Positions 10,836 to 22,745 of a stretch of DNA of 64,000 bases are shown here, piece by piece (positions within the stretch are counted from its first letter, which is position 1; each line of letters opens with the position of its first letter). Both the position numbers and the translations under genes were made by a program. The notes below the pieces were generated by a model that saw only the letters and a list, made by a program, of their open reading frames with translations, was not told the origin of the DNA and made no database searches. Source of the DNA: Cetorhinus maximus (taxonomy: Eukaryota); contig NC_135901.1 of the NCBI RefSeq assembly GCF_964194155.1, positions 6,014,001 to 6,078,000 of the forward strand, written 5' to 3'.

Positions 10836-11510
10836 ATGGAGAAACCATGGAAATGCGGGGACTGTGGGAAGGGATTCAATACTCCATCCCAGCTGGAATC
10901 TCATCGATGCAGTCACACTGGGGAGAGGCCATTCACCTGCTCTGTGTGTGGGAAAGGATTCGCTCAGTCAGCACATCTTTCAAAACATCAACTTGTTCAC
11001 ACTGATCAGAGACCTTTTAACTGTTCTGACTGTGAGAAGAACTTCAAAAGCAAAATGGATCTGCTGAGACACCAGCGAGTTCACACTGGGAAGAGGCCAT
11101 TCACCTGCACTGAGTGTGGGAAGGGATTCACTCAGTCAGCCAACCTGCTGGCACACCAGCAATTTCACACTGGGGAGAGGCCATTCCCCTGCTCTGTGTG
11201 TGGGGAGAGATTTAATAATGTATCCAACCTACAGAGACACCAGCGAGTTCACACTGGGGAGAGGCCATTCACCTGCTCCAAGTGTGGGAAGGGATTCCTT
11301 CACTTATGCAACCTCACTGAACATCAACTTGTTCACAGTGATCAGAGACCTTTTAAATGTTCTGACTGTGAGAAGAGCTATAAAAGCAAAAGTGACTTGT
11401 TGAAACACCAATGCACTCACACTGGGGAGAGACCGTTCACCTGCTCTATGTGTGGGAAGGGATTCACTTCGTCATCCCACCAGCTGAGACACCAACGAAT
11501 TCACCAGTGA
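10836..11510 (+). CDS. C2H2 zinc-finger protein, 8 fingers
   Basis: [10 protein letters not shown].. with TGERPF linkers; accATGG Kozak context at 10836; acceptor ttccttttacag at ~10642. Confidence 0.9.
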   Translation: MEKPWKCGDCGKGFNTPSQLESHRCSHTGERPFTCSVCGKGFAQSAHLSKHQLVHTDQRPFNCSDCEKNFKSKMDLLRHQRVHTGKRPFTCTECGKGFTQSANLLAHQQFHTGERPFPCSVCGERFNNVSNLQRHQRVHTGERPFTCSKCGKGFLHLCNLTEHQLVHSDQRPFKCSDCEKSYKSKSDLLKHQCTHTGERPFTCSMCGKGFTSSSHQLRHQRIHQ

Positions 11511-12369
11511 CTGCAGGGTTTGGATTCTGCTGTTATTGCCGCTGTCCATCACATCCAGGACTGAACCACGATCATTCTGATAGTTGGTGTTTGTTTCTGC
11601 TGATGTTAATAACCCCTATAACTGGCTGGAGTTCAATATTTTGATATCTGTCAAATGAATTCATGTTGTTTCAGACACACACTTTGTTGAGTCTTTAATT
11701 TCTCCAGGATAAGAGGAGGTTACTTGATATCCTGTTACTGACTGCTCTATTTTGGGTCTTTTCTCCTTTCCAACTTTAGATTACTTCAGTTCTCAAACCT
11801 TCAGTTACTCTCATGGACAAGCCACAGCTCCCCATACCTTTCAGAGTGGCTCCCCTAGCTTTGGGATGCAGGGAAGGTGTCAGTAACACTCCTGGGATCA
11901 CTGAACACAAAACCCAGTCTGTTAATCATTTTCAGCTACTGGACTTAGTGTATGTCCCACAGCATCGCTCTCGCCTTTGATGTGTGAATACAGCATCACA
12001 TCTGTAAACCTGGTTTAAATTTAAATCCACTGAGCAAATGTATTGAACAGGAGTCTGGAGAGACTTTCTGAAGTCGATGAGACTTTCTGAAGGTTTATTT
12101 TAATTCATTCACGGGATGTGGGCTTCGCTGGCTGGGCTGGCTTTATTGCCCATACCTAGTTGCCCTTGAGAAGGCGCTGGTGAGCTGCCATCTTGAACCA
12201 CTGCAATCCATGTGGTGTAGGTACACCTACAGTGCTGTTAGGAAGGGAGTTCCAGGATTTTGACCCAGTGACAGTAAAGGAATGGCGCTCGATGGGGCTG
12301 AGATTGCCGTTGTTATTTCCGGTGCCTAGGTCGATGCTGGGTGGTCTGTCTGGTTTCATTCCTTTTTTC

Positions 12370-12670
12370 CAGTGACTTTGTAGTGGTTTGATACCACTGA
12401 GTGGCATTTCAGAAGGCATTTAAGAGTAAACCACATTGTTGTGCGTCTGGAGTCACATGTAGGCCAGACCAGGTAAGGATGACAAATTTCCTTCCCTAAA
12501 GGACGTTAGTGAGCCTGATGGGTTTTTTACAACAATCGACAATGGTTTCATGGTCAACGTTAAACCTTTAATTCCAGAGTTTTATTGAATTCAAATTCCA
12601 CCATTTGCCATGACAGATCCAGAGCATCTCTGGATTACTAGTCCAGCGACAATACCACTACACCTTCACC
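12370..12670 (-). mobile_element. tRNA-derived SINE
   Basis: Reverse-complement homolog of the SINE at 60435-60780. Confidence 0.7.
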
Positions 12671-13049
12671 TCTCCCTAGGTGCCAAGAATCCAAACACAC
12701 AGTTAAACCCAATTAAATTGCGATTTATATTGTGGCAAATTTTACATATCTGGAGAAATCAACATTGTTGCTGCGCACAAGTCAGCCATTTCCCAACACT
12801 CGTAGTAAGGGGATGGTGATATCACAGAAAGGGAAGATCGGTGGGGCTCGAACTCAGTACCTGACTCATACCAGGATGAGTCTGATTTCCCTCCATTCTG
12901 GTTAATGTTGTCCTTATTCATTGTCAGCTTTACAGACTCTGATTGGAAATGATTGGGAATGTTGGTATAATTGTGTTCAATGTGAGGTCTGGGCTCATCT
13001 CGGGTGTTGTGTTCATCTTGCAGTGGCAGAGACTCTGTGTCTGAAATAG

Positions 13050-14055
13050 AGAATCAATGCCAGTGAGATAGGAAATGAGACAGAGAATGAGAGACAGACA
13101 GAGAATGAGAGACAGACAGAGAGTGAGAGACAGACAGAGAGTGAGAGTCAGAGAGTAAGAAAGAGACAGAGTGAGAATCAGAGAGTGAGAAAGAGACAGA
13201 GTGAGAATCAGGCCGAGGGTGAGAGACAGACAGGGAGTGGGAGACAGACAGAGGGTGAGAGACAGACAGAGGGTGAGAGACAGACAGAGGGTGAGAGACA
13301 GAGTGAGAAAGAGACAGTGAGAATCAGGTTGAGGGTGAGAGACAGACAGGGAGTGGGAGACAGACAGGGTGAGAGACAGACAGAGGGTGAGAGACAGACA
13401 GAGAGTGAGAGACAGAGTGAGAAAGAGACAGTGCAAATCAGGCTGAGGGTGAGAGACAAACAGGGAGTGGCAGACAGACAGAGGGTGAGAAACAGACAGA
13501 GGGTGAGACACAGATGTAGAGTGAGAGAAAGAGAGTGAGAGACAGATGGAGAGTGAGAGACAGACAGAAAGTGACAGACAAACGGAGAGTGAGAGTCAGA
13601 TGGAGGGTGAGAGACAGACAGGGAAGGACAGACAGAGACTGAAAGACAGAAAAGTATCAGAAACATACAGAGGGTGGGAGACAGAGACTGAGAGACAGAC
13701 AGAGGCCGAGAGACAGATAGTGAGAGAGAGTCGGAACATAAGAGACAATCAGAACATGAGAGACAGACAGGGGATGAGAGAGAGGGGGAGAGACAGATGG
13801 AGCGAGAAAGACAGTCACAGAAAGGGAGTGAGAGACAGTGAGACAGAAAGATTGAATGACAACATGACAGAATGAGAGAGGGAGAAAGACAAATAGAGAG
13901 ATAAATATAGTCAGAGAGAATGAGAGACACAAAAAGAGACAAGAAATTGTTTCAAAGCAAAAGACAGAAGGACCAAGAGAGAGGATACAGAGACAGAAAG
14001 AAATCCAGGGAGAAATATAGGACAGAGCGAAAGAGGGAAACAGAAAGAGAGATTA
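13050..14055. repeat. GA/GACA-rich compound micro/minisatellite
   Basis: ~20-bp units GAGGGTGAGAGACAGACAGA, with a higher-order unit marked by AATCAGG at ~13206, 13322 and 13436; decays toward the 3' side. Confidence 0.95.
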
Positions 14056-14139
14056 ACTCTACATCTTCTGTCTGCCATAAATAGGAAAGATTCAGGAGGT
14101 TTGTGAATTCTGAATTATTCACCCCATTATCACTTTGAG

Positions 14140-16380
14140 AAATATGAGCTGATCAGAGAGAGACAGCATGGATTTGTAAAAGGTTAATTCATGTCTAAAT
14201 AACTGTGTTGTATTTTTGAGGAGGTCACTAATGTGGTAGTTAAGGGAATGTCAATGATGTTACTTATACTGACTTCCAGAAGGCATTTGATAAAGTTCCA
14301 TACAAGAGATTCTAACAAAATGAAAGTGCCTGGAATTAGAGACAATCTATCACTTAGATAGAGAATTGGTTAGGAAATACTGGACAACAACCTCCTCTTC
14401 ATAGACACATGACCCTGTGTGGTGCCGGTTAGTCCAGAGAGATCCCTGGGTGGACACAGTGTGTGTTGTCATTTTAATAATAATCTCACCTTCAAGAAAC
14501 AAACCACTCCCAGGAGTGAAATATGTAATCGGCACCTAAATCCTGAAAGAAAAGAAGCTGGAATTCCACCTGAGGACTTTCAGAGTTTTGAAGGAGTTTA
14601 TGGCTGAAATTGGTGCCATATCTGCTGGGTAGACTTCTGAAAAATGCAGATCTCCCTTTGTTGCATCTGCTCTTTAATATATAAGTTTTAGTTAATATTG
14701 GCTGCAATTTGCCTGTTAATTCATGTTTAATTTATGTTGATTTTGCTTTGATTATTAAAGTAAAAGGTATCAAAGGTGAAATCTTGTTCAATGGTTTTCT
14801 TGTTGGTGTTGTTCAGTAAATTTGGTTCTTTTGGTTTGTTGATCTCCACAGGGATCATAACATGGTGGATACATTGGATTTGATATCCCAGGATTCCTTA
14901 GCTTTTTTAGAACAGTTCCCAAGGAATGGAAGGTAGAAAACATAACCTCACTATTCAGAAAGGAGGAAGAGAGAAAATGGGGAACTATAGACCAATTAGT
15001 CTAACATCAGATTCTAGCATTTTGCCAACTGCTATTATTAGATGTGGTAACAGGGCACTTCGAAAATCATTAACTGATTAAACAGAGTCAATACAGATTT
15101 ATGAAAGGGAAATCATGTTTGACACATTTGTTTAGAGCTTTTTGTGGGTGTAACGGGTGAGGTGGATAACAAGGGAATTAGCACATGTCGTGCATTTGGA
15201 TTTTCAAAAAACATTTGATAAGGTGCCACACAAGAGGTCATTACACAAAATCAGGTGTCAGGTGATTGGGGTAATATTCTAGCATGGACTGAGAGTTAAT
15301 TAATGGATAGAAAACAGAGAATAGGAATAAACAGGACATTTTCAGATTGACAGGCTGTAACTTGTGGGTACCACAAGGATCAGTAGTTAAGCCTCAGCTA
15401 TTTACAATCGATATCAATGATTTAGATGAGGAGACTGAGTGTAATGTATCCAGATTGCTGTTGAAGAAAGTTAATTGGAAAAGTAAATGGTGACAAGGAC
15501 GAAAAGGGTCTGCAGAGGGATAGATAGATTGGGAGAGTGGGTAAGGACATGGCAGATGGAATACAACGTGGTGAAGTGTGAAGTTATCAATATTGATAGG
15601 GAAATTATAAAAGAGGGAAATTATAAAATCAGGATATTTTTTTGAATGGTGCAAGACTGGGAAATATTTGCATTCAAAGGGACCTGGCTGTTCTTGTACA
15701 TGAATCACAGGTAGTTAATGTGCAGGTAAAGCAAGCAAATGGTAAATGGTCTGTTAGCTTTTATTACAAAGGGATTGGAGTATAAGAGTAAATATGTCTT
15801 ACTACAATTACACAGAGCATTGGTGAGGCCTCACCTGGAGCACTGTGTGCGGGTTTAGTCTCCTTACCTAAGGAAGGACATATTTGACCTAGAGGGAGTG
15901 AAACAAATGTTCACCAGACTGGCTCCTGGGATGAGGAGATTGTCCCATGAGGAGAGATCGAGCAGACTAGGCCTAAATTTAATGGAGTTTAGAAGAATGA
16001 AAGGTGATCTAATTGAAATTTAAAGTTCTTAAGGGGCCTGACAGGGTAGATGCTGAGAAAATGTTTCCCCTGGCTGGGGAATCTAGAAGGGAGTGGGGGG
16101 TTGGGGGGTGGTCTCAGAATAAGGGGTTGACCATTTAAAATTGAGAAGAGGAGGAATTTCCTCACTCAGAGGGTTGCGAATCTTTGCAATTTTCCACCTC
16201 AGGGTGGGTTCTCAGTTATATTTAGGACACAGGTCGATAGAGATTTGAGTATTTTTGAAGGGAAATAAGGGATACGGAGAGAGCAGACCTGGGATAGAAG
16301 ATCAGCGATGATCGTATTGAATAGCAGAGCAGGCTCGAAGGGCCGAATGGCCTATTCCTGTTCCTATTTCTTATGTTCAA
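14140..16380 (+). mobile_element. Decayed CR1 LINE fragments (14140-14380 and 14880-16380)
   Basis: CR1 RT motifs (QHGF..KSCLT, DFQKAFDKVPH, VPQGSV, LVRPHLE) and CR1 3' tail GGGCCGAATGGCCT..TTCTTATGTT. Confidence 0.85.
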
Positions 16381-17072
16381 TAAACCTCAGTCTGGTTCCC
16401 CTCAAGCTGCTGAGTGAGTGAATTAAATCTTTCTTCACAAATCACCCGGATACCAGACTACAAGTCAGGCCATGAACATTGTTTATTGTTTACAAATCAC
16501 AGCGAAATGTGGGCACACAGACTCTTTATAGACGTGTCTAAATGTAATCAGAGTTATCCAGCAGTTCAGCACTAATGGGGAGAGCTATTTCACAAAACAA
16601 GGAACAAAGACTCCACAGGATATTCAGTGATTCACTGTAAATCAGCACGAATGGATGCTGAGTATTAATTACAGCAGGGAGCAGAGTCTGAGGTTATCAA
16701 CTGGTGAGTTTACTTTCAGAGTAATTCCTTCAATATCTTAACGGTTAACAGTTTTGAACAGCCCACCTCTCAAATAGCTCGAGCCTACTTGTGATTCCAA
16801 ACATTCAGAGTTTACCGAGCCTCATCCTCGAGTTACAGGACAGACTTTCTCCAGTCAATATAGAGCTGCAGGATTGCACTGTGATCTGTTTAATATTCAT
16901 CTTTAGTTCGATACAGTTTCTGTGTGGATTTAAATTTAAAAACAAGGTTTGCAGACAATGATGATCTATTCACTCATAATTGAGAGATGGTACGAGTACA
17001 CGCTAAGTCTGAACTGGGCAACTGACATTAGAGATCAACCCCAACTGTCAGAATGAACATGATTCAGTCCAG

Positions 17073-17199
17073 AACAAAATAAAAACAGAATTACCTGGAA
17101 AAACTCAGCAAGTCTGGCAGCATCGGCGGAGAAGAAATCAGTCAACGTTTCGAGCCCTCATGGCCCTTCGGCAGCTTTTAGCTTTTTGTTTTTATCTTT
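17073..17199 (-). mobile_element. Penelope-tail fragment inserted in ZNF 3' UTR, 14-bp TSD
   Basis: ATGATTCAGTCCAG at 17059-17072 and 17200-17213; insert matches the 8550-8650 arm. Confidence 0.85.
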
Positions 17200-17258
17200 A
17201 TGATTCAGTCCAGGATGTGATTAACAGCAGCAGTAACAGCAGAATCCAACCCCTGCAA

Positions 17259-18044
17259 TCATTTGTGAACTCGCTGGTGTGTCACCAGGTGGGAAAAGCG
17301 AGTGAATCCCTTCCCACATTCAGAGCAGGTGTATGGTCTCTCCCCAGTGTGAATTCGCTGGTGTGTCAGCAGGTTGGATGACTGAGTGAATCTTTTTCCA
17401 CACTTGGAGCAGGTGAATGGCCTCTCCCCAGTGTGGGTGCGCTGGTGTGCAGTGAGGTGAGATGATTGCCTGAACCCAGTCCCACAGTGAGAGCATCTGA
17501 ATGGTCTCTCATCAGTGTGAACACGTTGATGGTATTGCAGATCCATAGAACTTTTGAAGCACTTCCCACAGTCTGGACATTTAAAAGGTCTCTCGTCAGT
17601 GTGAACTCGTTGGTGTGTCAGAAGGTGGGGTGATGTACTGAACCTCTTCCCACACTGTGAGCAGCTGAACGGTGCATATGCAGTGTGAATGCGCTGGTGC
17701 TCCCTCAGTCCATGTGGGTTTTTAAAGCTCTTTTCACAGTCGGGGCATTGAAATTCTCTCTTGTTGGTGTGAACTTGCTGGTGTTTCAGCAGGTGGGATG
17801 AGCGAGTGAATCTATTTCCACACACGGCACAGATGAATGGCCTCTCTCCAGCGTGAAGTCGCTGGTGTGTCTGAAGACCGATTAACTGAGTGAATCCCTT
17901 CCCACACACGGAGCAGATGAATGGCCTCTCCCCGGTGTGACTGCGTCGATGAGTTTCCAGATCAGACGGAGATCTGAATCCCTTCCCACAGTCCCCACAT
18001 TTCCATGGTTTCTCCCTGGTGTGAACAGTGCTTTTTGCTTCCAT
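17259..18044 (-). CDS. C2H2 zinc-finger protein, 9 fingers
   Basis: Intact [25 protein letters not shown]; acceptor ttttacag|GCTGTTAG at 18148/18147. Confidence 0.92.
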   Translation of the reverse strand: MEAKSTVHTREKPWKCGDCGKGFRSPSDLETHRRSHTGERPFICSVCGKGFTQLIGLQTHQRLHAGERPFICAVCGNRFTRSSHLLKHQQVHTNKREFQCPDCEKSFKNPHGLREHQRIHTAYAPFSCSQCGKRFSTSPHLLTHQRVHTDERPFKCPDCGKCFKSSMDLQYHQRVHTDERPFRCSHCGTGFRQSSHLTAHQRTHTGERPFTCSKCGKRFTQSSNLLTHQRIHTGERPYTCSECGKGFTRFSHLVTHQRVHK

Positions 18045-18524
18045 GTTCAAAGGCTGTCAATCTTCAGGTTCTGATGAATCGAGAGACTCTGGCAGATTTT
18101 GATGTGATTTTGATTTGACTTTCCCAACTGCAAATCCTTCTAACAGCCTGTAAAATGAATTTAAAACAGAAATGAAGAACTGTGAAAGAGAACCCACAAA
18201 AACACAAAGACAGGTTGTGAAATTGAGCTGAATGAATCCGATAATTTGTGGGGTCGGCACTAGGAAAAAGTGACCATGAAAACTGCTGGATTGTCATAAA
18301 AACGCAATTGGTTCATTAATGTCCTTCAGGGAAGGGAACCTGCCTCCCAATCTGGGCTGACACAAGACTCTGGCCTCGATGGGAAAAGAGTGAGAGGTGG
18401 AGGAGGGGAAAAGGAGATGGACTTCATAGATCTGCAATTCAACCAGAATTTTTGGTAGAATCTCCCATAGCCCCCACCCACATAGAAAGACAAGAGCAGC
18501 TGGTGCATGGGGGAAGCCATCAGC

Positions 18525-18790
18525 TCCAAGACACACAGCAGCGAGTTCACACTGGGGAGAGGCCGGACACCTGCTCCATGTCTGAGAAGGGATTTAATCC
18601 ATCATCCAACTGGCTGACACACCAGCGAGTTCAGCAGAGACTCCAGCGGTTGGTTCTGCTGTTAATCACATCCAGGACTGAACCATGTTCATTCTGATAG
18701 TTTGGGTTTGTTTCTGCTGATGTTAATAACCTTTGTAACTGGACTGAAGTTTTAATATTCTGGAAATCGGCTTGTTTTACTTTGTAACCC
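18525..18790 (+). pseudogene. ZNF last-finger + 3' UTR relic
   Basis: [34 protein letters not shown] followed by the family 3' UTR motif TTAATCACATCCAGGACTGAACCATGTTCATTCTGA. Confidence 0.85.
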
Positions 18791-19939
18791 TTATTCTTCA
18801 AATGAAGTATCTTTCCTCGGCTCATAACAAACAGTGATTTGCTTGTAATTTTTTTTTCAATTTAGTTACTGTCTTCAGTGCTGACCATGTGGTCTGCTCT
18901 CCATTGGGAAGATCAAACATGATTGGGTGATCACTTTGTGGAATAACCTCCATTCAGTCTGTGAGCTTGACCCTGGGCTTCCAGTCACTTGTCATTTTAA
19001 TTCTCTGCCCCACTCCCATTCTGACCTCTCTGTCCTTGGCCTCCTGAACTGTTCCAATGAAGCTCAATGGGAGCTCGAAGAACAGCAGTTCATCTTCTGA
19101 TTTGAAACTTTACAACTTTCCAGACTCAGCATCGAGTTCAACAGTTTCGGCACCAACAAAGAGTTGTCAGGATTGGGAACTCACACCTGAAAAAGTGCTG
19201 GAACCTGACTCTATAAGAAATTTTAAAAGGGAATTGGCGGTTATTTGAGAATGAGGAACTCTTAGGTCTACGAACACAACATGTGTGTGGGACTAAACGT
19301 GACTGCTCATTCAAAGAGACAGTGCAAACACAAAGGATCGAATGGCCTCTTCCTGTGCTGTAAGTTTCTATGATTCTAGGAGTTGACTATTTAGCTCCTC
19401 AAGCCTGTTCCAACGTGAAATGAGATCATGGCTGATCTGTGATCTAACTCTATACAGCTGCCTTCGCTTCATATCCATTAATACCTTTGGTTAACAAAGA
19501 TCGTTCAATGTCAGATTTAACATTAACATTGATCTCGCATCAACTACTGTTTGTGGAACAGAGTTCCTAACTTCTACCTCCCTTTGTGTGTAGATGTGTT
19601 TGCTAACTTCACTCCTGAAAGGTCTGGCTCTCATGTTTACACTGTGCCCCCAGAGTCCAGGACTATGACTCTTCTTTGAAGCTGACTGAATCTGGGGAAG
19701 TGAGGACGATCATGGTCTAAAAATTGCAGCCATGTCTTTCAGAGTGAAATGAGGAAACAATTATTGACACAAAAGCTGGGACAAGATTGGAATTCCCTCC
19801 CACAAATGACAATTCCCTCACCAATATCACTACCCATTCATCCCACCTTCCCCTCCTAAGATGGCAACAGGCAGTTGCCTGCATAAGCCAGGCCTCTTAC
19901 CAGGGTTTCCAGTCCCGCACACACCATGTGTTTTTTTTT

Positions 19940-20255
19940 TAATTCTATGATAGGATGTGGGCATTGCCCACATAACATGGCACTCATAACTGAGTGGCTT
20001 GCTGGGCCGATTCAGAGTGAACCACATCACTGTGGGTCTGGCGTCACATGTAGGCCAGACTTGGTGGGGACGGCAGATTTCCTTCCCTAAAGGGACACTG
20101 GTGAACCAGACGGAATTTACCACAATCGATGATAACTTTATAGATTTATTAACTAAATTTAAATTCCAGCAGCTATGCTGGGTCTTGAACCCACATCCCA
20201 AGGTCTCTGGACTTCTAGCCCAGTGACATTACCACTGGGCCACCGTATTCCCGCC
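19940..20255 (-). mobile_element. tRNA-derived SINE
   Basis: Homologous to 60435-60780 (reverse complement). Confidence 0.65.
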
Positions 20256-20560
20256 GTCTGAGCTCGCGTGCAGTTTCCAGGCTCCCCCCGGTTCACAATC
20301 TCCAGGCGCCGACTTCATTTCTCACCCTTTGTGATCTCAACTCGACCGCTCCTTCTTCCAGCTCCGGCTCTAGTACTGCGCATGCTTCAGTCCGAGCCTA
20401 GACCCGCCCCTCCCCCATCCCCATCACTCCGATTGGCTCGACGCCCAACAGCTCCTGTTCGGTCCTCTAGTCCCGCCCCTCTATTCCTATTGGCTCGCAG
20501 CTGCCGTCAATCAGCCGGGCATTGTGAGCTGTCAGGTGAGAGGTCACTCGGGTGCGGGTT
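20255..20560 (-). promoter_or_regulatory. CpG-island promoter/first exon of the 18-kb ZNF gene
   Basis: TGCGCATGC, two GC boxes and two ATTGG (CCAAT on - strand); candidate donor AAGG|GTGAGA at ~20325. Confidence 0.7.
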
Positions 20561-20669
20561 AACTTGAGTCGAGTCTCAGTTACACAAATAAATATCACTG
20601 ATTTGTACATTTAAATGGTCACAATTATTTTACTCTTTATGCAAAAAAATTGCAAAGAAACATAATTTT

Positions 20670-20835
20670 AGTAAAATACGGTGGATGCTGGAAATCTGAA
20701 ATAAAAACAAAAAGTTCTGGAAATCCTCAGCAGGTTTGGCAGCTTCTGTGAAGAGAGAGAAACAGATTTAACATTTCCAATCCAATATGATTCTTCTTCA
20801 GAACTGAGTGTTTCCAGCATTCTGATTTCATTTTA
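20670..20835 (-). mobile_element. Penelope-tail fragment
   Basis: GGATGCTGGAAATCTGAAATAAAAAC..CAGCAGGT..GGCAGC matches 34300-34400. Confidence 0.7.
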
Positions 20836-20954
20836 AACACATAATTGATGTAAAGTTTATTGTCCTTACAGGTATCTGGATGTAAATCTGATTTCAGACC
20901 TTCCTCTGAACAGTTTTCAAACTGACTCCAGCTCATTCTCCATTCCTTCACTAA

Positions 20955-21320
20955 AGACCCGGATGGAAAACCCTCAGCGCAAGATGGCGGCGGCCGGTTG
21001 TCCGGGTAACCCGGGCGTGTCACCGGGGAGGAAGCCCCGCCTTCTCTCCCCCTGCCTTCACCAAGATGGCCGCCAATGCGCCCGGCTCCCTGAACAAGAC
21101 CCGCCTTGCTCTCCCAAAATGGCGGCGTTCGGCGAGCCCGCTCCCAGTGCGCAGGTGCAGTGTGGGTGTGCGCTCTGAGCATGCTCAGTGTCAGTCATGG
21201 TGACAGAGTGAGGAGGAGCAGACGGTTCGGGAGGCGGGAGGAGATTGTGAGCACAGGGTAGGAATGGAAACCGCGGCTGGACTAGAAACTGGATCAACTT
21301 CTGGGGTAGGCCCCAGACCC
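20955..21320 (+). promoter_or_regulatory. CpG-island promoter with three YY1-like sites
   Basis: AAGATGGCGGC ~20981, AAGATGGCCGCC ~21063, AAAATGGCGGC ~21116; TGCGCAGGTGCA and TGAGCATGCTCA NRF1-like palindromes. Confidence 0.7.
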
Positions 21321-21660
21321 CGTGTGGGAATGGATTCACTCAGCTATCCAGTCTGCTGAGACACCAGCGACTTCACAAACAATTACAGGGGTTGGATTCT
21401 GCTGTTATTGCTGCTGTTAATCACACCCAGGACTGAACCATGTTCATTCTGCAATTGGAGTGGGAGGATCGGAGGATTTCTTTCTGCTGGACTGGCCGGT
21501 CTCACGATTTTGCTTTCAGTGGGCTGATGCTGTTTGAGCCTGGAAGTACACATTTCCACAGAAATGATCCACAAAAGCTGATGAAGTACATATATTTTAT
21601 CCTGAATAGTGAATAGTGTTTGCCTACCACTAGAGATAGATCTAAAATAAATATATTTGT
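21321..21660 (+). pseudogene. ZNF half-finger + 3' UTR relic
   Basis: [19 protein letters not shown], then UTR homologous to 31563-31690 and 30300-30477 (inverted). Confidence 0.85.
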
Positions 21661-22379
21661 CTTTGTTCCATTGAGTCTACAGTTCAGGGCCAGGCCAGTT
21701 GGCTCAATTAGTCTGTGTCAGTATTTATATTCCACATGATCCTCCACCCACCCCACTTCATCTCCCCCATCAGCATATCCTTCTATTTCTTTCTCCCTCA
21801 TGTATCTATGTAGCTTCCCTTTAAATGTATTCATGCTGTTCACCTCAACCACTCGCTGTGGTAGCGAGTTCCACACTCTCACCACTCGCTGAGTAAAGAT
21901 GTTTGTCATGAAATCCCTGTTGGGTTATTGAATACCTTCAAAATCTTAAAGACTTCCATCAGGTCACCTTATGGTCTTCTCTTCCCTAGAGAAAAGCGTT
22001 TCAGCCTTTCCTGAGGGTTAAATGCTCTCAGTTCTTGTGAATCTTTGTTGCACCTTCTCCGGTGCTTCTGCTTTCTTTGCCTAAATGGAGATCATTAATA
22101 TTGACAGTCCTCCCGGTGTAGTCTAACCATGGTTCTAAACAAGTGGGGAATAACCTCCCTGCTTTTCAATTCTCTAGAAAGGAACCCTATATATGGGCCC
22201 CACACGGTAGGAAAGATGTGACGTTCTTAGCAAGGTTGCAGCAGGGATTGACAAGAGGGACTTCAGTTCATTGAAATTATTTTCTTTAGGTCATTGAGTT
22301 ATTAGGGCAGAGGAGGAGGCTGTTTAACCCATGAGTCCATGCCAGGGCTCAGTAGAGCAAAAAAGTCTATTCTTAGTTT

Positions 22380-22745
22380 TTATTCCTTCACAGGATCTGG
22401 ATATTGCTGGCTGGGTGAGCATTTATTGCCCATTCCTAGTTGCCCTTGAGAAGGTGGTGGTGAGCCGCCTTCATGAACCACTGCAGTCCCTGTGGCATAG
22501 GTACACCCACAGTGCTGTTTGGGAGGGAGTTCCAGGATTTTGTCCCAGCGACAGTGAAGGAACAGCGATATATTTCCAAGTCAGGATGGTTTGTGGCTTG
22601 AGGGGATCTTGTAGGTGGTGGTGTTCCCATGTTGTTCTGCCCTTGGCCTTCTAGATGGTCGGGGTCAGAGGTTTGGAAGGTGCTGTTGAAGGGGCCTTTG
22701 TGAGTTGCTGCAGTGCATCTGCCACTATGCATTGGTGGTGGAGGC
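22380..22745 (-). mobile_element. LINE 3' end (family also at 51030, 53190, 55870)
   Basis: Tail AAGGGCAACTAGGAATGGGCAATAAATGC on - strand. Confidence 0.75.

Noticed and set aside
12930-13942. Long ORFs (193, 244, 117 aa) of LSLTLC/ERQTEG repeats
   Set aside because: Translations of the GA/GACA satellite; open frames are expected from low complexity.
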